This document shows positions 31,880-40,566 of a DNA stretch of 64,000 bases, in pieces. The stretch comes from Caulobacteraceae bacterium (GTDB taxonomy: Bacteria > Pseudomonadota > Alphaproteobacteria > Caulobacterales > Caulobacteraceae), in NCBI GenBank assembly GCA_035294785.1, contig DATGKF010000055.1:1914-65913 (forward strand). Direction: 5' to 3'. The notes under the pieces were generated by a model. The model saw only the letters and a program-made list of their open reading frames with translations. It was not told where the DNA came from and made no database searches. Within the stretch, counting starts at the first letter, position 1; every line of letters starts with the position of its first letter. The translations under genes were made by a program, and so were the position numbers.

Positions 31880-33553
31880 ATGACCGACGCGGACGGGCCC
31901 TCGATGACCGACGAGATGACGGCTAAACCCGCCGGCCTCTGGCGTCGCCTGACCGCGTGGATGCGGCCGGGGAACGCGGCGTTGCACAGGGCCGAGCAGG
32001 CGGCCGCGTGGGCGGAGCGGCGCCTGCGCGAGGCCATCGACGTCCTCCCCGAAGGCCTGGTCTTTCTCGATCGGGACGGCCGTTACGTGCTTTGGAACGA
32101 GCGCTACGCCGAAATCTATCACCGCTCCGCCGACCTCTTCCGCGAAGGGGCGAGGCTGGCCGACACGCTCGCGATCGGCGTTGCGCGCGGCGACTATCCG
32201 GAAGCGGTCGGGCGCGAACAGGCATGGCTCGCCGAGCGCCTGGCCCTGCTCGACAATCCCGGCCAGAGGCATCAGCAGCAGCTCGCCGACGGGCGCTGGG
32301 TGATGATCGAGGAGCGCCGCACCAGCGACGGCGGGATCATCGGACTCCGTGTCGACATCACCGAGATGAAGGAGCAGGCCGGCGCCTTGACCCTGGCGCT
32401 CGAGCGCGCCGAGGCCGCCAGCCGCGCCAAGAGCGAATTCCTCGCCAACATGAGCCACGAGATCAGGACCCCGCTGAATGGCGTGCTGGGCATGGCCGAA
32501 GTTCTGGCCCGCACCGATCTGGACGCGCGCCAGAGCGAGCTTCTGAGCACGATCGTTTCGTCCGCGGCGACGCTGGACAGCATCCTCGCCGACCTGCTCG
32601 ACTTTAGCCGGCTCGAGGCCGGGCGTCTGGCCATTGGCCGCGAGCCATTCGACCTCGCCGCGTTGGTCGATGAGGCGGCTTCGCCGTTCGCGAGCGCCGT
32701 CGCGCCGAAGGGCGTCGTCCTTTCGGCGGCGGTCGACGCGTCGGCCCGTCGGCGCGTGGCCGGCGACCCGGTGCGGCTGAAGCAGATCCTCACCAACCTG
32801 CTCTCCAACGCCGTCAAGTTCACCGCCGAGGGCGCCATCGCCCTCTCGGTGACGCGGGCGGCGCGCGGCGACCGCTATGTGTTCGAGGTGCGCGACACCG
32901 GCATCGGCTTCGAGGCGGACGCCGCCGAGCGGCTGTTCAACCGCTTCGAACAGGCCGACGGCTCGATCACGCGCCGGTACGGCGGCACGGGCCTTGGCCT
33001 TTCCATCTGTCGCCAGCTCGCCGAGCTGATGGGCGGCGAGATCTCCGCGGCCGGCCGCCCGGGCAAGGGGGCGGTGTTCAGCCTCGTCCTGCCGCTGCCG
33101 CCGGCGGCGGATGACGACAAGACGGTCATCTCGGCGACGGTCCCGACCGGCGAGCGGCCGATCCGGGTGCTCATCGCCGACGACAACGAGACCAACCGCA
33201 AGGTCGCCGCGCTGATTCTGGCCGCCATCGGCGCCGAGGTGGCCGCCGTCGAGGATGGCGCCCAGGCCCTCGCCGCCACCCAGACCAACGCCTTCGACGT
33301 CGTCCTCATGGACCTGCAGATGCCGGTGATGGACGGCCTCTCCGCCACCGCCGCCATCCGCGCCCGCGAGGCGGCCGATGGCCTGCCGCGGCTGCCCATC
33401 GTCGTGCTCTCGGCCAACGTCATGCGAGAGCACGTCGAAGCCTCGGCCGCCGCCGGCGCCGACGACCACATCGGCAAGCCCGTGCGCGCGGAGACGCTCA
33501 TCAGTGCGGTGGTCCGCGCCGTCAGCGCGGCCGAGGAGGCGGCCGCGGCCTAG
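31880..33553 (+). CDS. Cytoplasmic hybrid sensor histidine kinase (PAS-HisKA-HATPase-REC)
   Basis: PAS_7-like region; FLANMSHEIRTPLNG; NLLSNAVKFT; DTGIG; GGTGLGL; receiver VLMDLQMPVMDG. Confidence 0.92.
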   Translation: MTDADGPSMTDEMTAKPAGLWRRLTAWMRPGNAALHRAEQAAAWAERRLREAIDVLPEGLVFLDRDGRYVLWNERYAEIYHRSADLFREGARLADTLAIGVARGDYPEAVGREQAWLAERLALLDNPGQRHQQQLADGRWVMIEERRTSDGGIIGLRVDITEMKEQAGALTLALERAEAASRAKSEFLANMSHEIRTPLNGVLGMAEVLARTDLDARQSELLSTIVSSAATLDSILADLLDFSRLEAGRLAIGREPFDLAALVDEAASPFASAVAPKGVVLSAAVDASARRRVAGDPVRLKQILTNLLSNAVKFTAEGAIALSVTRAARGDRYVFEVRDTGIGFEADAAERLFNRFEQADGSITRRYGGTGLGLSICRQLAELMGGEISAAGRPGKGAVFSLVLPLPPAADDDKTVISATVPTGERPIRVLIADDNETNRKVAALILAAIGAEVAAVEDGAQALAATQTNAFDVVLMDLQMPVMDGLSATAAIRAREAADGLPRLPIVVLSANVMREHVEASAAAGADDHIGKPVRAETLISAVVRAVSAAEEAAAA

Positions 33554-33608
33554 GCCTTGACGACCGGGTTCAACGAGGACGCTAATCCCGCAAACGCCCG
33601 GGGGCGCC

Positions 33609-34637
33609 ATGATCTTCGAACAGGTCGCCACTGGCGGCTGCCAGTCCTACCTCCTCGGCTGCACCGACACGCTCTCGGGCGTGCTGATCGATCCCGAGGT
33701 CAGCCAGATCGACCGCTACAAGGCGCTCGCCGGTCGCGCGGGCGTGCACGTCCGCTATGTGGTCGACACCCACACGCACGCCGACCACTTCTCGGCGACC
33801 AAGCAGCTGGCCGAGATGCTCGATGTCCCGGCCGTGATGCACCAAGCCAGCCCTTCGCCGCATGCGAGCCTCAGACTCGACGACGACGACATGCTCATCG
33901 TTGGCAATCTCCGCATCCGCGCGCTGCACACGCCCGGCCACACCCGCGATTCCATGTGCCTGATCGTCGAGGACCGCGTCTTCACCGGCGATACGCTGCT
34001 GATCGGCGGGACCGGCCGCACGGACCTGCCGACCGGTGATCCGGACCAGCTCTACGAGAGCCTGTTCGGCAAGCTGCTCACGCTCGATCCGGCGCTGCTC
34101 GTCTATCCGGCGCACGACTACAAGGGCCGCTCCCACTCGACGCTGGCGACCGAGATTGCCGAGAATCCGCGACTGCAGAAGCGCGAACGGGACGACTTCG
34201 TGCAGATGATGCGCGAGCTCAACCTGGCCGCGCCGACGCACCTCACCGAGGCGCTGCGCACCAACATGAGCGGCGGCAAGACCATCAATCAGATGCTGGC
34301 CGAGGCGGCGGCCGAGGTGCCGTTCATCGCGCTCGCCGAGCTCGACCGGCGCATCGCATCGCGGCCGAACGACCTCCTCGTCCTCGACGTTCGCGAGGCG
34401 TCCGCCTTCGCCGCCGGGCGAATTCCCGGCGCCCGCCACCTGCCGCGCGGCCAACTCGAGCTTCGGATCAACGATGAGTTGCCGGACCCGACGCTGCGCA
34501 TCGTCACCTGCTGCGAGTTCGGCAAGATCTCGACGCTGGCCGCCCAGACCCTGCGCCAGCTTGGCTTTACGCGCACGGTCGCCCTCGACGGCGGCATGAA
34601 GGCGTGGCGCGAAGGCGGCTTTCCGATCGAGGTCTGA
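33609..34637 (+). CDS. Persulfide dioxygenase (ETHE1-like MBL) fused to rhodanese
   Basis: THTHADH; HTPGHT; GRTDL; YPAHDY; C-terminal LDVRE...GRIPGA...CCEFGKIS...LDGGMKAW. Confidence 0.85.
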   Translation: MIFEQVATGGCQSYLLGCTDTLSGVLIDPEVSQIDRYKALAGRAGVHVRYVVDTHTHADHFSATKQLAEMLDVPAVMHQASPSPHASLRLDDDDMLIVGNLRIRALHTPGHTRDSMCLIVEDRVFTGDTLLIGGTGRTDLPTGDPDQLYESLFGKLLTLDPALLVYPAHDYKGRSHSTLATEIAENPRLQKRERDDFVQMMRELNLAAPTHLTEALRTNMSGGKTINQMLAEAAAEVPFIALAELDRRIASRPNDLLVLDVREASAFAAGRIPGARHLPRGQLELRINDELPDPTLRIVTCCEFGKISTLAAQTLRQLGFTRTVALDGGMKAWREGGFPIEV

Positions 34638-34713
34638 GGCCCGGTCACATTCTTGTTAACGGAAAAATTGTCGCGCACCACCCAGGCGCCGTTGACGGTC
34701 CATCAACCCTATG

Positions 34714-34761
34714 GCCCCATATCTTCCGTTGCGTGGGTGCTTCGCCCACAACATATAGCGG
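34714..34761 (+). promoter_or_regulatory. Tandem NrdR boxes upstream of nrdA
   Basis: GCCCCATATCTTCCGT (34714) and CCACAACATATAGCGG (34746), 32 bp apart, resemble acaCwAtATaTwGtgt. TTGACG -35-like hexamer at 34692. Confidence 0.7.
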
Positions 34762-34806
34762 TTGGGCTGGGGGCAGCTTGCCGCGAGTGACATGGGGCAT
34801 AGGTTA

Positions 34807-36684
34807 ATGGCGATGACGCGCAGCCAAGCGATTTCGACCGCATCCGAGGTCCGGGAGGCCCGTTTTGCGGCCACCAGGCCGGCCGAGCGGCCGGTTCTGC
34901 ATCTGGTGCGCAAGGTCGAGGTGGATCGCAGCCGCGACGCGCTCTTGACCGACTTCGGCAAAACCACGCTCGAGCGCAGCTATCTGCTGCCGGGCGAGTC
35001 GTACCAGGACATGTTCGCGCGGGTGGCGACGGCCTACGCCGACGACGCCGACCACGCCCAGCGCATCTACGACTACATTTCCAAGCTCTGGTTCATGCCG
35101 TCGACGCCGGTGTTGTCGAACGGCGGCGCCGACCGCGGGCTTCCGATCTCGTGCTTCCTCAACGCCGTGTCCGACAGCCTGGAAGGCATCGTCGGCGCCT
35201 GGAACGAGAATGTCTGGCTCGCGGCCAACGGCGGCGGCGTCGGCACCTATTGGGGCGGCGTGCGCTCGATCGGCGAGGCCGTGAAGGGCCAGGGCCAGAC
35301 CAGCGGCATCATTCCGTTCATCCGGGTCATGGACTCGCTGGCTCTGGCGATCAGCCAGGGGTCGCTCCGCCGCGGATCGGCGGCCGTCTACCTCGACATC
35401 CACCACCCGGAGATCGAGGAGTTCCTCGAGATTCGCAAACCGTCCGGCGACTTCAATCGCAAGTCGCTCAACCTGCACCACGGCCTGGCCGTGACCGACG
35501 CCTTCATGGAAGCGGTGCGCGACGGGACCGACTTCGCCCTCGTCAGCCCGAAGAGCGGCGAGACGGTCAAGCTCGTCGACGCCCGCGCGCTCTGGCAGAA
35601 GATTCTCGACGTCCGCCTCGCGACCGGCGAGCCCTACTTGATCTTCGCCGACACCGCCAACCGGCTGATGCCGGAGCACCAGCGCGCCCTTGGCCTGAAG
35701 GTGCGCCAGTCGAACCTATGCTCCGAGATCATGCTGCACACCGGCCCCGACCATCTGGGCATCGAGCGCACCGCCGTCTGCTGTCTCTCGTCGGTCAACG
35801 CCGAGATGTTCGTGGAATGGCGCGACCATCCGACCTTCGTCGAAGACGTGCTGCGCTTTCTCGACAACGTGCTGCAGGACTTCATCGACCGCGCGCCGCC
35901 GGCGATGGAGCCGGCCCGCTACGCCGCCGAGCGGGAGCGGTCCGTCGGCCTCGGCCTCATGGGCTTCCACTCCTTCCTGCAGGCGCAGAACGTGCCGTTC
36001 GAGAGCGCCCTGGCCAAGTCGTGGAACATGCGCCTCTTCAAGCACCTGCGCCGCGAGGCCGACAAGGCCTCGCGCAAGCTGGCCGAGGAGCGCGGCGCGT
36101 GCCCGGACGCGGCCGAGCAGGGCGTCATGGAGCGGTTCTCGCACAAGCTGGCGATCGCGCCGACGGCGTCGATCTCGATCATCTGCGGCGGGACCTCGGC
36201 CGGCATCGAGCCGATCCCCGCCAACATCTACACGCACAAGACCCTCTCGGGCTCCTTCGCGGTCAAGAATCCCTATCTGGAACGGCTCCTGGCCGAGAAA
36301 GGCCTCGACACCGACGAGGTGTGGCGCTCGATCTTGGAGAACGAGGGCTCTGTCCAGCACCTGGACGGCCTCAGCCAGGACGAGAAGGACGTCTACAAGA
36401 CCGCCTTCGAACTCGATCAGCGCTGGGTGGTGGAGCTGGCCGCCGACCGCACGCCGGAGATCTGCCAGTCGCAATCGGTCAACGTCTTCCTGCCCGGCGA
36501 CGTGGATAAGTGGGACCTGCACATGCTGCACTACATGGCCTGGGAGCGGGGCGTGAAGTCGCTCTACTACCTGCGCTCCAAGTCGGTGCAGCGCGCGGCG
36601 TTCGCCGGCAGCGAGGCGCTGATGAGCGCCCCGAGCGGGCCGGTCGAGCGGACGGACTACGAGGAGTGCCTGGCCTGCCAGTAG
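34807..36684 (+). CDS. nrdA: Class I ribonucleotide reductase alpha subunit (no obvious ATP cone)
   Basis: STPVLSN; PISCF; QSNLCSEI; VCCLSS; APTASIS; ICQSQSVN; KSLYY; C-terminal CLACQ. Confidence 0.95.
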   Translation: MAMTRSQAISTASEVREARFAATRPAERPVLHLVRKVEVDRSRDALLTDFGKTTLERSYLLPGESYQDMFARVATAYADDADHAQRIYDYISKLWFMPSTPVLSNGGADRGLPISCFLNAVSDSLEGIVGAWNENVWLAANGGGVGTYWGGVRSIGEAVKGQGQTSGIIPFIRVMDSLALAISQGSLRRGSAAVYLDIHHPEIEEFLEIRKPSGDFNRKSLNLHHGLAVTDAFMEAVRDGTDFALVSPKSGETVKLVDARALWQKILDVRLATGEPYLIFADTANRLMPEHQRALGLKVRQSNLCSEIMLHTGPDHLGIERTAVCCLSSVNAEMFVEWRDHPTFVEDVLRFLDNVLQDFIDRAPPAMEPARYAAERERSVGLGLMGFHSFLQAQNVPFESALAKSWNMRLFKHLRREADKASRKLAEERGACPDAAEQGVMERFSHKLAIAPTASISIICGGTSAGIEPIPANIYTHKTLSGSFAVKNPYLERLLAEKGLDTDEVWRSILENEGSVQHLDGLSQDEKDVYKTAFELDQRWVVELAADRTPEICQSQSVNVFLPGDVDKWDLHMLHYMAWERGVKSLYYLRSKSVQRAAFAGSEALMSAPSGPVERTDYEECLACQ

Positions 36685-36870
36685 GCGCGGGTCTTGCAGG
36701 GCGAACATCGCCGCCCAGAACCGGCGGCGCAGTCAAGGCTGAAGCGCCGAACCAGCCGCTCGCGTCAGGTTTCGCAACCCTTCGCCCGCGGTTGTCGTTA
36801 GATTGACGCAATTCCGGCGCCTCCTTCACGCAACGTGCGGGGAGGACGCGCGGGCTAGGGGGAAACGAGG

Positions 36871-37830
36871 ATGCGGCCCAGGCTGGGTCTCATTCTGGCG
36901 ATCGCCGCAGCGTTCGCGGCGATTTCCGCGCATGCGCAACCGCCCGCCCGCCCGCTGACGCCGGTGCAGAGGGCCCTCCTCAACGACATCTTCGTCGCCA
37001 AGCCGCTGAAGTCGAAGCACGGAGAGCTCCACGTCACGCCGGCGGCGGTTCCCTACGTTCGCGACGAAAACCGCACGGCCATGGGCGCCGGCGGGGTCTT
37101 CGCCCTGCCCGCCGTGACCGGATCGAACCTCGATCAAACCCGCCTCCTCGGCCGCGACCAGCTGGTCAACGGCCAGGGGATGGTCGTCTGGCGCGACAGC
37201 GAGGTCAGCCAGCCGGCGCCGGGCGGCGCCATAGACACGCTGCGCATGAGCTGGGGCGGCGTCGCCCGCGCGCCCGGCGGCGTCGTGTCGGCGCGGCCGG
37301 AAGGGCTGCTGGCGCCGGACGCCGAGGCCTTCGACGTCAGCTACACCCGCGGCTGGCCGGGCTTCTGGACGGCGTCGGACGGCCGCTATCAGGTCGACGT
37401 CTCGCCGCACGCCGGCGTCGGGTTCAACAACGCCGGCGGAACCGCCGAAGCCGGCGCGATGCTGCGGCTGGGCCGCGACCTCGGCCGCCAGGTGATGAAC
37501 AAGCTCGGCGGCCACGAGGTGGACGATTCCGCCTTCGCCGGCCAGGGCCGCTGGTTCCTCTTCGCCGCCGCCAGCGGCCGGGCGGTCGGATTGAACATGG
37601 TCCCGGCCGGCCTTGGTCTGCCGCAGCGCGCCGGCTGGTCGAACGAGTCGACGCCGGCGCTGGTCAATGACGCCCAGGCCGGCCTCGCCTGGCGCAAGGG
37701 CGATGTTCAGGCGTCGGTGGGCTACGTGCATCGCGACGTGAAGAGCCAGGCCGCCATCACCAGCGGCCCGGGCCCGGCCAGCTACCACGACTCCATGGTG
37801 GCTGTGTCCTTCAGCCTCACCTCGCGGTAG
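36871..37830 (+). CDS. Putative outer-membrane beta-barrel protein (LpxR/DUF2219-like C-terminus)
   Basis: Signal peptide; amphipathic beta-strands (DAQAGLAWRKG, ASVGYVHR); C-terminal VAVSFSL. Confidence 0.55.
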   Translation: MRPRLGLILAIAAAFAAISAHAQPPARPLTPVQRALLNDIFVAKPLKSKHGELHVTPAAVPYVRDENRTAMGAGGVFALPAVTGSNLDQTRLLGRDQLVNGQGMVVWRDSEVSQPAPGGAIDTLRMSWGGVARAPGGVVSARPEGLLAPDAEAFDVSYTRGWPGFWTASDGRYQVDVSPHAGVGFNNAGGTAEAGAMLRLGRDLGRQVMNKLGGHEVDDSAFAGQGRWFLFAAASGRAVGLNMVPAGLGLPQRAGWSNESTPALVNDAQAGLAWRKGDVQASVGYVHRDVKSQAAITSGPGPASYHDSMVAVSFSLTSR

Positions 37831-37836
37831 CGACGC

Positions 37837-38481
37837 TCACCCGTCCCATCCCTCGACGAAGGGAAACCGCTTGGCCCAGACGTCGGCCAGCCTCGGCTCG
37901 GCGTCGACGCGCCGGACCACGTCGGCCAGCTTCGGCGCGGCGGCGTAGAAGCGCTTTCGCCTGGGCGACCAGCGCGAGATGACGGCGACATAGAGGTCGA
38001 GCACCGAGAGGTCCTCGCCCAGGATATAGCGGCCCGGGTGCACCTGGGCGTTCATCGCCTGCCAGCACTCGATGCGCCGGTCGGCCACCCGCTCGCGCAG
38101 CACCGCGTGCTGCGTCTTGGCCGTGACCAGTCGCTCCGGGTCGTCGCGCGCCCACGACAACGCGTAGATGCCGGCGGCGACGAAGGTCATCCAGCGCAGG
38201 AAGGCCGGCCGCTTGCGACTCAAGGGGTCGGGCGCGAGGTGCGCCTCCGGGTAGCGGTCGGCGAGCCAGATCAGCATCGCGGCGCTCTCGGTCATCACCT
38301 CGCCGCCCGGCAGCACCAGCGTCGGGACTTGGCGGATGGGATTTAAGCCCCGCACGCCGGCGTTGATTTCGTCCTCGCCGACGTCGATGACCTCGTACGG
38401 CAACCCGATCAGGGTCATCGCCGCTTCCACGGGCACGGAGCCGAACCCTGGCGCCCCGTAGATCGTGATTGGTTTATCCAC
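37837..38481 (-). CDS. Glutathione S-transferase family protein
   Basis: NPIRQVPTL; MTESAAML; YILGEDLSVLDLY. Confidence 0.88.
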   Translation of the reverse strand: MDKPITIYGAPGFGSVPVEAAMTLIGLPYEVIDVGEDEINAGVRGLNPIRQVPTLVLPGGEVMTESAAMLIWLADRYPEAHLAPDPLSRKRPAFLRWMTFVAAGIYALSWARDDPERLVTAKTQHAVLRERVADRRIECWQAMNAQVHPGRYILGEDLSVLDLYVAVISRWSPRRKRFYAAAPKLADVVRRVDAEPRLADVWAKRFPFVEGWDG

Positions 38482-38482
38482 A
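38474..38482 (+). promoter_or_regulatory. Consensus DnaA box
   Basis: TTATCCACA perfect match, 4 nt before the first NrdR box of nrdB. Confidence 0.6.
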
Positions 38483-38486
38483 GGAC

Positions 38487-38534
38487 TAACCTTATCTTGT
38501 GAATTCCGACGTTATGTCACACCAGATATTGTGG
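38487..38534 (+). promoter_or_regulatory. Tandem NrdR boxes upstream of nrdB
   Basis: TAACCTTATCTTGTGA (38487) and ACACCAGATATTGTGG (38519), 32 bp apart. Confidence 0.8.
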
Positions 38535-38605
38535 CGTCGCCACCCGACGCTCGGTAGCGTCGCCAACCGAGCTTAGCCCCGACCCTGATTCGAAACGCGG
38601 TCCCC

Positions 38606-39643
38606 ATGTCGAACATTCGCAGTCTTCCCGGCCTCCTCACCCCCTCCGCCGCCTACAAGCCGTTCCGCTATCCCTGGGCCTACGACCTGTGGAAGCGCCA
38701 GCAGCAGGTGCACTGGATGCCGGAGGAGATTCCGCTCGGCGAGGAGTGCAAGGACTGGGCGGCCAAGCTGGACCAGGGCGAGCGCAACCTGCTGACACAG
38801 ATCTTCCGCTTCTTCACCCAGTCGGACATCGAGGTCGCCGACAACTACATGGAACGCTTCGGCCGCGTGTTCAAACCGACCGAGGTGAAGATGATGCTGG
38901 CCTCCTTCGGCAACATGGAGACCATCCACATCGCCGCCTATGCGCTGCTGCTCGAGACGATCGGCATGCCGGAGAGCGAGTTCGCCGCTTTCCTCGAGTA
39001 CGACGCGATGCGGGCCAAGCACGACTACATGCAGACGTTCGATGTGGCCAACAACGCCGACATCGCCCGCACGCTGGCCATGTTCGGCGGCTTCACCGAG
39101 GGCCTGCAGCTGTTCGCCTCTTTCGCCATGCTGATGAACTTTCCCCGCTTCAACAAGATGAAGGGGATGGGCCAGATCGTGTCCTGGAGCGTGCGCGACG
39201 AGAGCCTCCACTGCGAAGGCATGGTCAAGCTCTTCCACGCCTTCAGGAAGGAGACCAACTGCGTCACCAAGGCGGTCGCCGACGATATCGTCGACTGCTG
39301 CAAGACCGTGGTCGGCATGGAGGACCGCTTCATCGACCTCGCGTTCGAGATGGGGCCGGTGCAGGGGATGAACGCCGACGACATCAAGCGCTACATCCGC
39401 TTCATCGCCGACTGGCGCCTGCGCCAGCTGGAGCTGCCGGAAGTCTATGGCGTGAAGGAAAACCCGTTGCCCTGGCTGCAAGTGCTCCTTTCCGGAGTCG
39501 AGCACGCCAACTTCTTCGAGGCGCGGGCGACCGAATACTCAAAGGCCGCCACCACCGGCAGCTGGGACGGCCAGGCCGGCGTCTGGGCCGAGTTCGACCG
39601 CCTCCTGGCCAAGCGCGCCGAAGGCGAAGCGGCGACCCACTAG
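38606..39643 (+). CDS. nrdB: Class I ribonucleotide reductase beta subunit
   Basis: HWMPEE; FFTQSD; METIHIAAY (ExxH plus radical Tyr); TEGLQLFASF; RDESLH; NFFEARATEY. Confidence 0.95.
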   Translation: MSNIRSLPGLLTPSAAYKPFRYPWAYDLWKRQQQVHWMPEEIPLGEECKDWAAKLDQGERNLLTQIFRFFTQSDIEVADNYMERFGRVFKPTEVKMMLASFGNMETIHIAAYALLLETIGMPESEFAAFLEYDAMRAKHDYMQTFDVANNADIARTLAMFGGFTEGLQLFASFAMLMNFPRFNKMKGMGQIVSWSVRDESLHCEGMVKLFHAFRKETNCVTKAVADDIVDCCKTVVGMEDRFIDLAFEMGPVQGMNADDIKRYIRFIADWRLRQLELPEVYGVKENPLPWLQVLLSGVEHANFFEARATEYSKAATTGSWDGQAGVWAEFDRLLAKRAEGEAATH

Positions 39644-39693
39644 TCCGCGGCGGCCCCTCGCAATTGTCACACTGGCCGGCTAACACCGGCCGC

Positions 39694-40473
39694 ATGGACC
39701 AGCGACATATCCGCCTGGAAGGCGTCGACAATTTTCGTGATTTCGGGGGCTATCGCGGCGCGGGCGGCAAGCGCGTGCGCGCCGGGCGCCTCTACCGCTC
39801 CGCCCACCATGGCGGGGCCACCGACGCCGATCTCGCCGCCATCGCGGCCCTGGAGCTCGCCGCCATCGTCGATCTGCGCCGCGGCGAGGAGCGCGAGCGC
39901 ATGCCCAGCCGGCGCCACGTCGACTTCGCCGCGCTGGTGATCGAGAACGACAGCAACGAGGCCACGCCCGACCCCTGGCTGGCCTTTATCAAGGCCTCCG
40001 ACGCCAGCGAGCAGGCGTTCCAGGGCTATCTCGACGGCTACTATCGCAACGCCCCGTTCGAGCCGAGGCATGTCGACCTTTTCAAGCGCTATTTCGCGGC
40101 GCTGGCCGAGGTGGACGGGCCGATCCTCGTCCACTGTGCGGCCGGCAAGGACCGCACCGGCGTCCTCGTCGCGCTCACCCACCATGTGCTCGGCGTCGAT
40201 CGCGACGACATCTTCGCCGACTATCTGCTCACCAACGCCGTCCTGCCGTTCGAGCGGCGGCTGCCGGTTCTGACCCAGGTCATCGCCGAGCAGGCGGGGC
40301 GCACGCCGACGCCAGCCGCCGTTCGCGCCGCCATGGCGGTGGAAGCGGCCTACCTCGAAGCGGCCTACGAAGCCATCGAGGCCAGCCACGGAGGGGTCGA
40401 CGCCTATCTCGCCGACGTCCTGGCCGTCGACGCCGCCGTGCGCGAAGCCATCCGCGACCGCCTGCTGGTCTAG
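39694..40473 (+). CDS. Tyrosine-protein phosphatase (Y_phosphatase3 family)
   Basis: NFRDFGGY; VDLRR; HCAAGKDRTG P-loop; DYLLTN. Confidence 0.9.
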   Translation: MDQRHIRLEGVDNFRDFGGYRGAGGKRVRAGRLYRSAHHGGATDADLAAIAALELAAIVDLRRGEERERMPSRRHVDFAALVIENDSNEATPDPWLAFIKASDASEQAFQGYLDGYYRNAPFEPRHVDLFKRYFAALAEVDGPILVHCAAGKDRTGVLVALTHHVLGVDRDDIFADYLLTNAVLPFERRLPVLTQVIAEQAGRTPTPAAVRAAMAVEAAYLEAAYEAIEASHGGVDAYLADVLAVDAAVREAIRDRLLV

Positions 40474-40566
40474 CCCGCCCGCTCTATCCGCCGCCCTTGG
40501 AAACCGGCTAGGGTCTTCCTCTCGCGGCCGCGCGAAGACGGCCGGGCGGTTTAGGGGAGGCTTGGC

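Noticed and set aside
34692-34706. TTGAC-ggtcc-ATCAA as a FixK/FNR box at nrdA
   Set aside because: The spacer is 5 nt rather than 4; it is more simply the -35 element.
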